A stretch of 60,668 nt of DNA, counting the filler, from Sphacelaria rigidula (taxonomy: Eukaryota), in NCBI GenBank assembly GCA_964200075.2. It is 10 parts of 10 records of this genome, joined end to end, with 100 filler letters (N's around TTAATTAATTAA, not from the genome) between each part and the next. Parts side by side here need not be neighbours in the genome. Positions count along the whole stretch, not along the records: positions 36,463 to 42,439 come from CAXNAA020023064.1; positions 42,540 to 48,516 come from CAXNAA020023065.1; positions 48,617 to 54,592 come from CAXNAA020023066.1; 7 more parts are not named here. One strand, 5' to 3'. This document shows positions 37,936 to 50,033 of the stretch, one piece after another (positions within the stretch are counted from its first letter, which is position 1; the number at the start of each line of letters is the position of its first letter). Both the position numbers and the translations under genes were made by a program. The notes under the pieces are model-generated. The model saw nothing but the letters and a program-made list of their open reading frames with translations, did not search any database and was not told the DNA's origin.

Positions 37936-38732
37936 CCTTCTTCAGCGTCCATGAGCCAGCAGGTCGTATTTTTTCATTTTACCGCAGGGGGGTTTAGAGA
38001 GTTGTTCACATCTCCGCGTTTGTGATGTCTTTTTTTCTGGATCCAGTTTTATTTTTTTTTTCCTCGTACCTCAGTACAGGTAGCCAGCCTGTGACCACAG
38101 AAGGTGTCCGCATCAGATGGATGCCCAGTACGAATGTACCGCGCAGATATCGGAACCGTTTTCAATGTGAAGACAACAATAATCTCCAGCGGCTGCTCTT
38201 TAAACGTGTATGCACCTCCGCTATTGTAGACATTAACGGCAACGCCAACAGCAACACCAACGGCAACATCGGGAGCAAACGAAGGCGTGCAGGGTGCAAC
38301 CATCCTGCTCTCCGTAAGCTTCGAGTAGCACAAACTGGGCTGCAACAAAAATCCACCTTGCCCGGCTGCTCAGCCTTGTTAGCATGCTTCGGTGCCCTCG
38401 GTCGAAAAATAAAGTACGCGAAATCTGTTCTAGCGCCCGGACGTCCTGCTATGTTTCCTCGTCAACATACCGCCATTCTCGATGGGAATGTCAGATTTCG
38501 CAGCGGGCCAATGGTGCTAGAACACGTTCACTCCCCACGGCCAACTGGCGTCTTGTTTTCCGTTTCCAGCCGGCGAGGGTTCGAAGTAACTGTTGATCGA
38601 GCTACGATGCCTACGTGGAAGTTAGATTTGCCACGCTCATGCCATGCTTTACAGTGCACTACAGTGGTGCATTGCAGTCGTTCGCTCATAAGTTGGAGCA
38701 AGTGGCATCAACGTCTCACAACTGGGGTAGGT

Positions 38733-38952
38733 GAACCCTTAGACCGCGAGATTAGTCTTTGTGGATCATGCATACTTTTTTTCACTTGAAATTGATGCCG
38801 ATTCAACAGAAGACCAACCTCGCGGTCTAAGGCTTAGACACCATAATAACCCTGAGACCACGAGGTTGGTCTTCTGTTGAATCGGCATCAATTTCAAGTG
38901 AAAAAAAACTATGTATGATCCAGAAAGACTAATCTCGCGGTCCAAGGGTTAA
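38733..38952. mobile_element. Two piggyBac-type MITE copies in opposite orientation
   Basis: CCCTTAGACCGCGAGATTAGTCTT...CTCGCGGTCTAAGG then CCCTGAGACCACGAGG...CTCGCGGTCCAAGGG|TTAA (38949-38952). Confidence 0.85.
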
Positions 38953-40009
38953 CCTGGATGTTCTCGGTATATTTGATAGCAAAATGCTGCGAAGCACGTC
39001 CGAACATACGTAACTGCTTTTACCGATTATTATTTGTTGTGGAGTAATTTTGTTTGAGAAGCAGCCCAAAAATCACCCCCCCCTCCCCCTGTCCAGGGAG
39101 CGAACAGTTTGTCCATTGAACCAGTCAGCGCTCGCCGCTGACTGAACACTTTCCTCATCCCTACCGCTGAGTCACCCTCGAAACACTCGACTACGTTGCG
39201 TCGCGGGTAGGTTGGCATGCTTTCAGCATATCTCCGTCCTCGAGGCAAGTCCGTTGGCTCAAGAGATCAACCCATCTTCCCTCGATAGTGTGGTTCGCTT
39301 GAACCCTATAATGTGACGACAAGTACTCTCGACAGTTCACTGCAAAGACCCAACTGCTTGGGTTTAGTACCTAGGTAAGGTGACTACTTGACCCTTATAC
39401 GGGAAGACTGATAAGACCTTCTGTGGTCAACCAGTGTAGACAGCTTGGTTTCCCGTTCGCATAGAAGAAGAGTGCCACGCTGAGCCTGCTTCTGTTTTTC
39501 ATGAAAGCGGGCGGATACCGTATAACCCTAAACGTAAGGGGCGGCAGAGATTCCCTGGATACCGCCCGCCAGAAAAAAGCAACCTTGAACGCTATGGTGC
39601 CACGCACAGCGTTCACTGGCATCCTCGAAGAACTGTAGCTCAAACGGTGTACTAAGCACGGAGTGTTAGCCCGGATCCGTTGCACAATTCCGGGCAGACA
39701 TCAAGTTCCGCTGCAGACACCGCTGAAGGCATCTCAGTGCAAGATGACCGAGACGATAGCCTGTTATAACTGCCACCTGAAGCTGTTTCCGCTCCAGCGT
39801 GCGACGATTATCATTGTCTACTTTGGAGTGATCCTTCAGTAGAGGGAGGGAAGGGAAGAAGATGCATGATTTCTGGGGGCTCATGGGTGTGTTGCAAAAG
39901 TTGGCACGCTCGTTATGGGTTGCCCGGTAGGTGGAATACGCGCGTCAATGATATGTTGACCGCAAGAAGAGCATTGTTGTATGTGTTTTCGCTATTTGCA
40001 GTGATACTT

Positions 40010-40190
40010 CTCACCGGCCTATTCGTGCATGAGAGGTATATCTCAGGCTCGAGCCTAGGTTCCAGACGAATTTCATGAATGTTTACCGTAAAATACACCA
40101 GGAACCTCAAGGTTCTCGTGAAAATATACTCGGCACCTCGAGTTTGAGATACCTCTCATGAAGTGAAGCAATGAAACAATGCCGGTGATG
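40010..40190. repeat. Degenerate foldback
   Basis: CATGAGAGGTATATCTCAGGCTCGAG pairs with CTCGAGTTTGAGATACCTCTCATG; outer TCACCGGC / GCCGGTGA. Confidence 0.55.
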
Positions 40191-40865
40191 CTCACGATGC
40201 AGTCAGTGTTGAGTGTATCTCGAACTCGAGGTTACCGATGTATTTAACTATAAACTACTCTGACATATACGGGGAATCTTGAGTATTCCCAAGATCAAGA
40301 ACAAGAATGAATAGCCGTTTCTACTGATGTTTACACCTCATCCGCTCAAGATTCAGCAGAGCAGTATCTGTACCGAGGACAGAACTGACGATACAAGTGC
40401 ACTGTAGTGTGTGCGGAAAGTATGTGATCTCTGGCGCTCACCCGTCATTGAAAACGTTGGTTAGGTAGTACGGTCTGCTCACGGGGAGCATCTGGTACAT
40501 GTGCCCCTCCACTCCAGCAAAGATGTCGCACATGAGAAGGAAACCGCCCTGGAGGAGTGCAGCACCCAAGCTCGTTGCAACATAGCGGCCCATGCTGTGT
40601 CGTCTACCAAAATCTCTACGCCAAGTATCGGCGAAAAAACCTGCCGGATTTCTCGAAATGAGTCTTATGGATATGTCTTCCGGGAGAGCTTCTTGCAAGC
40701 AGCGTACCGCAAGTGAGGTTTGATTGGACCTGGGAGCTGTGTCGGAAGGGTTTGTCGAACTGTTTGGTATGCGAGAGTGTTCGGAGCGGCGGGGTGTCGG
40801 CCAATATTTCAACGTTCCGCAGTAATATCTTCTGTTGAGAAAGTTAGAGTTCGAAGAAACGTTAA

Positions 40866-41025
40866 CTATTTTGGGACCGGACTCCCATAGATATGGTGTT
40901 TGCACGCAGGGGCCTTGTGGTGAATCGACGTCCTTTTTACTTGGAAACGAGTGACGATGATACCGAGTATCAAAAAGAACCCAGCGTGCAAACACCATTT
41001 TTTCGGAAGTCCGGTCCCAAAAGGG
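40866..41025. mobile_element. Second piggyBac-type MITE family (160 bp)
   Basis: TTAA (40862-40865) | CTATTTTGGGACCGGACTCC ... GGAAGTCCGGTCCCAAAAGGG | TTAA (41026-41029); the same terminus occurs at 13079-13098. Confidence 0.8.
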
Positions 41026-41147
41026 TTAACGTTCATCTCTCGAAAAAGGCGTTGGCACCAGTGGCATGTGTATCGAAAGTATGAGACTGTTTATTTCCTC
41101 GATGCCGCCACCGTATACCGCATACCACGGCAACAGCAGCAGAGGAG

Positions 41148-41351
41148 TTAACCCATAGACGACAAGGGTAGTCTATCTGAACTATGAATACTTTTTTCAA
41201 TTGAAATTGATGCCGATTCAGCAGATGACCTACTCTCTGTCTAAGGGTTAACCCTTAGAGCACGAGGTTTGTCTTCTGTTGAATCGGCGTCAATTTCAAG
41301 TAAAAAAGTACGCATGATCCAGAAAGGCTAATCTCGCGGTCTAAGGGTTAA
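41148..41351. mobile_element. Two piggyBac-type MITEs sharing one TTAA
   Basis: TTAA at 41148, 41248 and 41348 (100-bp spacing); the two units are in opposite orientation. Confidence 0.88.
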
Positions 41352-41657
41352 AGAGGGTTGTGAATATTATTTTTCCATTCTTCTTCTCCTATTGTTCTAT
41401 ACTCTGTCACTCTCTGCTGTTCACAATGTATATGCCGCAGTATCGACTGCCACGCACTTATCATGTGATCACGACTGGATCCCTGGGGGAATTAGTCAAC
41501 CCTTTGACCGTGAAGGTAGGTCACCTGCAGAATCGGCATCAATTTCACTCGAAACGTTATGGGTTATCCAGACCTGATCACTTCTCCAAAAGTGATTTTT
41601 TGAAAAGTGATCATCACCTCTGATAAGACCACGCCTCATGGGTTAACCTTTTCTTAA

Positions 41658-41755
41658 CCCTTAGACCGCGAGATTAGTCTTTCTGGATCATGCGTACTTT
41701 TTTTCGCTTGAAATTGATGCCGATTCAACAGAAGACTAATCTCGCGGTCTAAGGG
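41658..41755. mobile_element. Best copy of the 98-bp piggyBac-type MITE
   Basis: TTAA TSD at 41654-41657 and 41756-41759; perfect 24-bp TIR CCCTTAGACCGCGAGATTAGTCTT; two more degenerate copies follow to ~41972. Confidence 0.92.
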
Positions 41756-42614
41756 TTAACCGCAAGCGTGGGTCACCTTTTGAATCGGCATTTTATCCGC
41801 TTGAAAAAGTGTGCCTGATCCTATGAACTACCAGCATCGCGCCTACCGCATCGCGGTCTAAGGGTAAACCCTTTGAACGTGAGGGTAGGTCACCTGCGGA
41901 ATCGGCATTAACTTCACTTGAAAAAAGTATGTGCGATCCAGACGGACTACCTACATCGCGGTCTAACGGTTGATAGTCTCGGGATGGATTGAAGGCGGCA
42001 CCTTGCAGAGTGTGTGCACAGTGGGAGGGGGTTGAACCTTTGGAGGGTCGCAACAAGGTCTCACCTTCGGAAGGTGGTCCAAGGGTGTAGCAAAGTGTCC
42101 ACCCGTGAAACCAATCGAACACCTCACACGCAGGAAGGCATTCAAACCCATTCGATCGAATAATATTTCGACACACGCCAGGGGTTTTATCATTCTTTTT
42201 GCTCATAGGTGTTAGACTTGAGGATATTCAAGCAACTGCAAATATGCAACCATCGTGACGATGAATGATTACTGATTTATTGCGAGCGAAGTTGAGACGA
42301 CTGCAAATATATGTCAATACAAACAGTGGCAGTTTGAAACACTTCAGCACCCAGACCGCGGTGCGGGTAGTGTGTGTGTGTGTGTGTGTGTGTTGTCGTC
42401 CCATTTATTCTGGGCACCAGTCTACACCTTTCGGTGTATNNNNNNNNNNNNNNNNNNNNNNNNNNNNNNNNNNNNNNNNNNNNTTAATTAATTAANNNNN
42501 NNNNNNNNNNNNNNNNNNNNNNNNNNNNNNNNNNNNNNNGGCTGATGCGCCCACATATCCCGAAAGGAGTAGACTGGCGCCCAGAATAAATGGGACGACA
42601 ACACACACAACTAT

Positions 42615-45422
42615 CACGCCCAACGTGCTAGATACGAGAGCAAGGAGTTAGTTTCATTGAATTCTATTGAAGCCACGTGGTGGACCTGGACCCTCCGGAC
42701 TCGTCTCGACTTCCCCCGCCTTTTCCGTTCTGACATCCTTAGTCGAGAACGGCGACTTGAACATTTGTTGGCTTTGAGCGAGGCTGTCCTTGCTTGGCAT
42801 GCATTCCGCACCCTTGGGTGGTCCCTCCGCCGCCTTCGTCGTTTCCTTCGCCGCGGGCTTTCCCTTCGCTTCTTGGTCAAGGGTAGAACCATCCGCGCTC
42901 GGCACGCATTCGTTCTCGAGCTTAGCCCCTTCGTTATTGCTCAGCGTCTCCGGTGGTTCGGTGACTCGGCCCTGTTCATGGTCATCTCCGCTTGATAAGG
43001 CGCGATTCTCTGGTTCGACCTGCTGCTCCTTTCTTGTCCGCGGTGCCTTCGTCTTTGAGCCTTTGGAGCGCTCGCCCGCGCTTGGAGTCACATGAGTTGC
43101 GGGCTCCGCCGGTGGCACCCGTGGTCCCAGCGGGTCACCGGCCTCTCGGTTCTGAGAATCGCTGCCCTTCCGTTGGGTTTCCTGTTCCATGGCCACTCAC
43201 CATCTGTGAGCATCAGGTCCTGCCAGGGCTTCTTTCACTGTCGACGACTCATGTGATGCAGTGGCGATTCCGTCCCCGAACATGCAGAATGCGCCTTTGT
43301 GATGATCTTATAGAAGGGCGGCGAGGAACTTTCATCATCGGAGCTGCTGTCGACAGAACTCCTAAAGCGTTGCTACGTGTTGTCCCCCCGATGCCGTTGC
43401 GCCAGTATGCTGGGCCTGCGCAGTCCACTGTCCGGGGAAGATCGCTTTGATGGTATCGGGTCCGGTAGGGGCTGTCCACTCCGGCCATCATCACCGTTGA
43501 TTTATGCTGCTTTATCTTCTTCCGATGGCTCGTCCTCATCGTCACTCAGTTCGACAGCCTTCAGCTCACCCACAATGTCTAGGATCTTGGCCTCTGATTC
43601 AAACATGACATCGGCGTGGAAAGGCGCTGCGGGGTCAGTGTGCACGACTTCACCTGGTGCCTCGGGACTCCTGTCGCCGCGGCCGTAGCTAAGCGCCTCG
43701 GACTCGCATTCCTTCCAGACGCTGCTGCGCATCTCGGACGCCATCATGGTACCAGTTATTTGCGAATGAAGCGTACGGCGGCGCGCCACCCCTCTGCACA
43801 GATGCCGACAGGGCCAGGAACCCTTTCTCCTCGGCTAGGGGGGATCTTCGGCCTATCTTTTCTGAACCGAAGGTAGCTCTCCTTACTGCCGGCGTCCACG
43901 AATTATCCTGCGTCACGCCGAATCGTTCCGGTACTCAACAGCCGGCAAGGCCTCAAAGAACGTCCTTCAGTGTGACCTTTGCCGGAGCCCTCTTGCCCCG
44001 AACGCTCACGTGAAATGGGATCTCTCCCATTGCCAGCGCCTGTTGTTGCCCCTTGTTCCCAAATGTACACCTTCGATTAACTGTACGCATGTTCGTGAGA
44101 TCCTCTTTCAAGGGAGCCATGTGGGCATTCGCTCCCGATTGGCCGAGAATCGACACCTCTGTGTCACTGTTGGTCGACGTGCACATGGATACTAGTCACT
44201 CATCTTCGACTATCATCTTCATCGTCATGAATGCTCTCGGTCTCGGTCTGTCGCTCCTTCCATCACTTCTGCCGTATTGTGGAGGAGGTGGGAACGTTCG
44301 TGTGGGGCTCATCCCCGGCGATCTTTCAGCCGGAGGTTTGCCGTTAAGGTAGGAGTGGCATTCCCGTTACCTGTGATTTCGCTTAAAGCAGTGGGCGCAT
44401 CGATCACTATCGAGTCCGGGGTCGGTTTTCGTGCTGCCAGTTCTCGATTGAAACGCTACTGCCTCATCGCAGCGTTTTATTTGGGAGATTAGGTATGTTG
44501 ATGATGCTACGACTGCCCGTTTTACCTCATCGTACGTCATACCTGGCTGGGCTGTAAGCTGGATGAATACTTATGGAAGCGTCCGCATGGTCCCGAGTAG
44601 AAGGACTACCCTCTTAGTCTCCTCGGCTTTGGCGTTTCCAAGCGCGTCATATTCCCCCCAGATCGTGTCCAGCTTCACCATAAAATCTGCTGATTCTTCC
44701 TGTCCATTAAAGATCCTGCAATCTCCGTTCTAATGCAAGTAGTTGCACAGGCCGCTCGTCCTGTGCACATCCTCCGTAGATCCGTTTAATCTCCAACTAG
44801 GCTTCCCTGCCGCCGTGCTCGCATCGTGCGACGATGGCTGCGGCTGACCCCTGTGCCAGGAGGGACCACAAGGACGGTGTGTTGCGTTGGTACGTTTCGT
44901 ACGCCTTACGCCGGTCAAATGCGGTTGTCGCTGTCGGAACGCCCGGTGCGGCGTCATCCCATCGCAGCAGACGGGGAAGCCTGTTCCTCCCTGCATAGCC
45001 AACGACGGAGAGTCTTTATGCATCCCACATTTCTCGGGAATGCCTACGAGCGCCCGTCCAGCTTGGCAACTGGTGTGAGACTGCCTCCATACCCCTCGAG
45101 GCTCATAACCTTGTGTACTTGTGATGTGTTTGACGCGGTCGTGGCGTGCTTCTTCGGTTGAGCAGACGACAGACCCGCGTGGGGCGCTGCATCGCCGCGC
45201 TTTTCATTCCTCACTCAGATGTCTCCCCCTTGCGTACAGCTCTATCTGGACCTCCTCTCTCTGAATCCCAGCCCTAAGCCCCAACTATAGAGCTTTCAAT
45301 ATAGAGCCGCGGAGCCGTTCTAGCTCGGCTGAATCACGCTGGCTACAGTACTGGTCCCCGGCCCGTTCCTGTTGGTACATCGTACTGACCCGCGCTGGCT
45401 TTTACCAGGCTGGATGACTACA
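42615..45422 (-). mobile_element. Decayed Ty1/Copia LTR retrotransposon (5' LTR, PBS, gag, protease; integrase/RT missing)
   Basis: ...TACACA-A-GGTTATGAGCC (PBS 45110-45100, copia-type half-tRNA-iMet); gag remnant from ATG 45090 with stops (DFMVKLDTIWGEYDALG...MTYDEVK); protease-like ILGQSGANAHMAP...TFGNKG...VTLKDVL at ~44160-43956. The outer LTR boundary is a guess and no 3' LTR was found. Confidence 0.8.
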
Positions 45423-46689
45423 TGCCCGAGAACCGACGTATGATATTCATGTCCAATACATAATCTGCACAAAGTGTGTTCGATACGAGACCAATATCGA
45501 TTCTTCGATACGATATATCAAAAACTTCCGTACAATGTCCAACACTTAGAGAGAATGCCTCCACAACGACCAGTTTGAGTCTTATCGAGAAACAGTTCTT
45601 ACTCAGATCGAAGCCCAGATCTGCACGAATGGTCAGAAATGCGGTGGTTCTGGAAGTGGTCGTCAGTCCAACATCTCTGAACTGCTGCCGACAAGACGCA
45701 AGAGGGTAACACAACACCTGCACACCAAACCCCGAAAAATCACGCACAAACACCCACCACTCACGCATTTTGGCTTCAGCGCTAGCCTTTGCCCATCTAC
45801 ATACAGCAGTCTTTGACGGAAATCCGCCATGTGTTGGAGGAAAGGCGCCCGCGTGCGTGTCCAATTACGACCGGAAACGCGCCGTTGTTGACCGTTTGTG
45901 TGCGTGTGCTGTGCGCGCGTCTTACCCAAATCGTTGATTCTCATTCAATTCTCAACAGATAGGAGCAGGCTCAAGCAAAAGGTGCTTCGCTGATGAGCAG
46001 CTGCGGCTCGAGCTATGTGGTTTCGGTTTGCGAGGGCAATGCATTCCTCAGGTTCACCTCTGACTGTGTTGGGTTGTGTGTCAAGCCTTGGTATGTGCCT
46101 CTGTCAACGGGACTTTCATGCTCTCGTTCGGGGAGTACACAAAATCACTCTTGCAAAAGGGATTCCAGGAAGTGTAATTTTACCTCCTGAAATTCCTTTG
46201 CAACGAGGAATATGAGGGCCCTTTCGGGGGGGGGGGGGAGGGGGGGGCTGGTATCGTAGCGAGCAATCACCGCGCGTTTTTTCCAAAGGGTATTCCAGAA
46301 AGAAGATTATTCCCTTCGATAAGAACCCGCCTAGAGTGAGAAACAAGAACAAAACAAAAACACACAAGAAAAACACCGAAGCAAAAAAAAAGGAAGGAGA
46401 AGACCCAGGAATGAAAACAAAAACCAGTCCCGATGAAAAATAACGAAAACAAACTAGGAATGCCCGACCCCTAAAGGATGGCTTCAGGTGAAAAAGGCCC
46501 ACGGTTTGGACGAATCAGAGTCCATACGCGTTGACTCCCCATGAATGTTGAATGCGAATCATTTACCAAAGAGTTACCTGATATGAATCACGGATGGTAA
46601 AGTTGTACGTTCAAGGTCACACCGCACGAGTCACAAACTGGGAATATGTACACTCCAAGTAGTGTCACACGAATCAAGAGTGAAAATTG

Positions 46690-47030
46690 TACGAATCACA
46701 ACTTCTTCATGAATATTTGGTGGGAAACATGTACACTTGATTCATCTTGTATGAATGGAAGGTGGAGAACCTGTACGTGTGATTCATGCTGCGTTAATGG
46801 AAGTTGGGAAACATGTACTTATGATTCATGTCGTATGAACGGCAGGTGAGGAGCATATTCCTATGATACATGCTACATGAATGAAAGGGGAGATGCATGT
46901 ACGATTGATTCACCTGGTTTACATGGAAGGTGGCTATAGGTACATGAATCACGTGAGTCATGCTGCATGAATTAAAGGGGAGAAATACAGGGTGTACGTG
47001 TGTTTCAAGCTGTATGGATGGAAGGTTTCG
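46690..47030. repeat. 42-bp degenerate minisatellite, array 1
   Basis: Unit ~TGATTCATGCTGCATGAATGGAAGGTGGGAAACATGTACGTG; 14-aa periodicity in ORF 46646-46849. Confidence 0.8.
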
Positions 47031-47684
47031 TATAATTGTTGTTTGTCGTCCGCTGTACATATTGTACAGTACTATGCTGTGCTGTGCTGTACTTTACTGT
47101 CCGCTGAATGCAGTGGGTGCTGCCGGAGTGTTTCCGAAAACTCACGCGAACATGCGGGGATTACCCTTGTAATACTGGTGCTTTCTGAAGCAATCGCCGC
47201 ACTGTTTCATACATTCAGGCCAACTGTACCGCAGGACAAAACATGATACGCAGGAAGGTCGTCAATAGCTTAGCTCGGGAAAATGAAAAGCTAGAAGAAA
47301 CGCTCTAGGCGCGCAGATGCGTGCTGTGCCATGCTGTACCATACTGTCTGCGGACTGCAGCGTACGCTGCTGGGGTTTTCCCGAAAACTCCCACGAGTAT
47401 GCTGGGACGACTCGTACTGGCGCTGTTCTTCGCAAGTGTCTGTGGCATTGTCAACAGTATATTTAGGTCAGCTGCACCACATAACACAACATGAAACCAC
47501 AAAGGCTGTCAATAGCATAGCTCGGGCGGGGAAAATGGACTCTAGTTGATGTGTTACAAGTGAGTAACGATATTTGAATTAGGTTCATCGCGGATTTGGC
47601 GATAAGAGGTTCGCGATTTGTACTGCCTTATTTGCCTACCCTACCTGCAACGAGGCCGCGCCACCTCAGAGTCGCGCCCCACGA

Positions 47685-48041
47685 AATGACTGGTGGGGTA
47701 CATGTACGTATGATTCATGCTGCATAAATGGAAGGTGAGAAACATTTACACTTGATCTTTCTCCTATGAATGGACGGTGGGGAAAATGTCCACATGATTC
47801 ATGCTGCATGACTGGAAATCGAGAGATATATGCACTTGATTCATTCACCGTGCATTAATGGAAGGTGAGATCCATGTGCCTATAATTCATGCTGCATGGA
47901 AGAGGAGAAACATGTACGCTTGATTCACCTCGTATGAAAGGGAAAAAGGGAACGTGTGCCTATGATTCATACCATACCAATTGATGGTAGAAAATGTGTA
48001 CCTTCGACGTTGTACCGCACGAACCACGAACGGGGAATGTG
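47685..48041. repeat. 42-bp degenerate minisatellite, array 2
   Basis: Same unit and orientation as array 1; between the arrays lies a direct duplication (47090-47290 vs 47340-47545). Confidence 0.8.
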
Positions 48042-48516
48042 TACGAGCTGGGCCAGCAGTGAATCCCGCATTCGCATATCACACCACAACTTCTCAAGTT
48101 TCCCAAATCACCCCGACTAGAGCATATCGCTGTGGACTGCACTAACCTGGTAACGCACGGCTCCGCCGCTGGTCGATCGGCGTAGTTTTATCGATGATGT
48201 TATTTCACTGCATTGAGTACCGGGTACGCCTCATCTCGATGCGTGATAGCGTGTTTGGAGACGTTTCATTTCATAAAATGCGGGATAGTTATGATAGACA
48301 GCTGCCCCCATCAGGCACACGAACGCCCAATATGCGCCGGCAAAAGTCAGTGGTAGTGCTGAAAGATGGCACCAAGCTCGTCAACAGCTCCATCATGGGA
48401 GAGGACCTCCGAGCCAACTGTCATATGTCACCGAAAGAGGGAGAAGTACCACTTGAAAATGCGCTTTACCCCCCCCCCCCAATGCAATATTTCGATATCT
48501 TGCGAGGAGTTGCACA
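48042..48516 (-). mobile_element. Third copy of the TA-targeting TIR element, cut by the contig end
   Basis: TA|CGAGCTGGGCCAGCAGTGAATCCCGCATT is the reverse complement of the 7620-7653 end; the interior aligns to ~7190-7600. Confidence 0.75.
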
Positions 48517-50033
48517 NNNNNNNNNNNNNNNNNNNNNNNNNNNNNNNNNNNNNNNNNNNNTTAATTAATTAANNNNNNNNNNNNNNNNNNNNNNNNNNNN
48601 NNNNNNNNNNNNNNNNACAGCGGGAAGTAAATTAACCCATAATATGAACCAAACAGCAGGACTTGCATAAGAGACCACTCCCCCCCCCCCCCGCATGCGT
48701 AGCAGCAGAAGTGATGGGCAAATACAGGTATACCATAAATGAAACACGAGACACACACAAGGTAATACCGAAATCGACAACAGCACCCAACGACCCCATT
48801 CCAATGTACGACGTCAGCAAAATCGCCTCCATTCCAATCCGATCCTCACACTCATCTGAACACTTCGTGAAAATACCATTTCAGAAATTCATCAAATCCC
48901 CCTTTCCCCCCCGCACGCCCCCTTCCTGATTCATCGGCAACATCAAACACGGCGTAAGGCCATACGTCAGGTCAGGTGAAGGTAAACTAAATCGCACACT
49001 TCTTGAAAATGTCATCATAGTAACTCAGGGCGGCGTCTGAAAAATCAGCCAGGGCCGGACAACAACAGAAAATGAAAAAAAAAAAAAAGAGAGGTTTATC
49101 GTCGTGAAATACCGGCGTCTCAACCGCACCCGTCTTCATTTCTCATACATAGCTTGCGGCAGGAAAAAAGATAAGAATAAGGAAAGGGTGCGGCGCCAAA
49201 ACATTACCACGGAGAGGAAATACTACAGCAACACACGACTGCGGCGCTGGAAAATGTGTTCACCGTACCTCAAAGATGCAACAATCGGAAGGGGACGAAT
49301 ATATTTGTATACTACTATTGTGAAAAATATTTTACACGAACGACCTGGGTATTGAGGTAAAAGCCTCAGAACCCACACGACAGCGCGGCTCTACATGTCG
49401 CTCCGACGTCCCCACTGCGGAACAAGCACTTACACCCGACACACACAAGCACACACAAGCACACCAACACGCGCAAGCGAACGCGAGTGTGCGCCACGAG
49501 CTCCTCCTTTAGACCCCTGAGCGTTTTTTACAGTCAATCGCCGATAACGAAGACAAAAGCATAGCAATAACAGCAGCAGCAACAACAGCAAAGAAGGAAA
49601 CAGCAACAACAACTACCACAACGGGACCCGCAACCAGCAAACAGGGAAAACAACAACTATAGCAGCAGCAGCAGCAGCAGCAGCACTACTACAACAAATC
49701 ACTCCGACGGGAGCCGCCGGGAGCAAAAACAGGTACTGAACCGACGTACGGGGCTATCGCACAGCATTTACAAAAACGGCAACGCGCCAGCTCTTTCCAT
49801 GGAGGGTGCGGCGTCTCTATGTGAGAAAGTAGTGGCAGTGAGGTTCCTACGTGTTCCTAGCCCGCTCTACTTGCAAATACGCCAGGTGAACCATTTTACA
49901 CAAATCGCCACTGCTTTCTGATACATCGTACCCCGCACAACCCACAGCGCTATCCCAAACCCCCACAACCCTAGTTACGCTCGCACTACTGCTGCCACGC
50001 ATGCCCGCGCCGGCGTATAGAACTTCTCTCTTA

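Noticed and set aside
38022..38789. 255-aa ORF
   Set aside because: Runs across a retroelement tail and a MITE, so it is a chance read-through.
45989..46015. CTGATGAG...CTCGAG hammerhead-like core
   Set aside because: The required GAAA is absent (GAGC) and no flanking stems were found.
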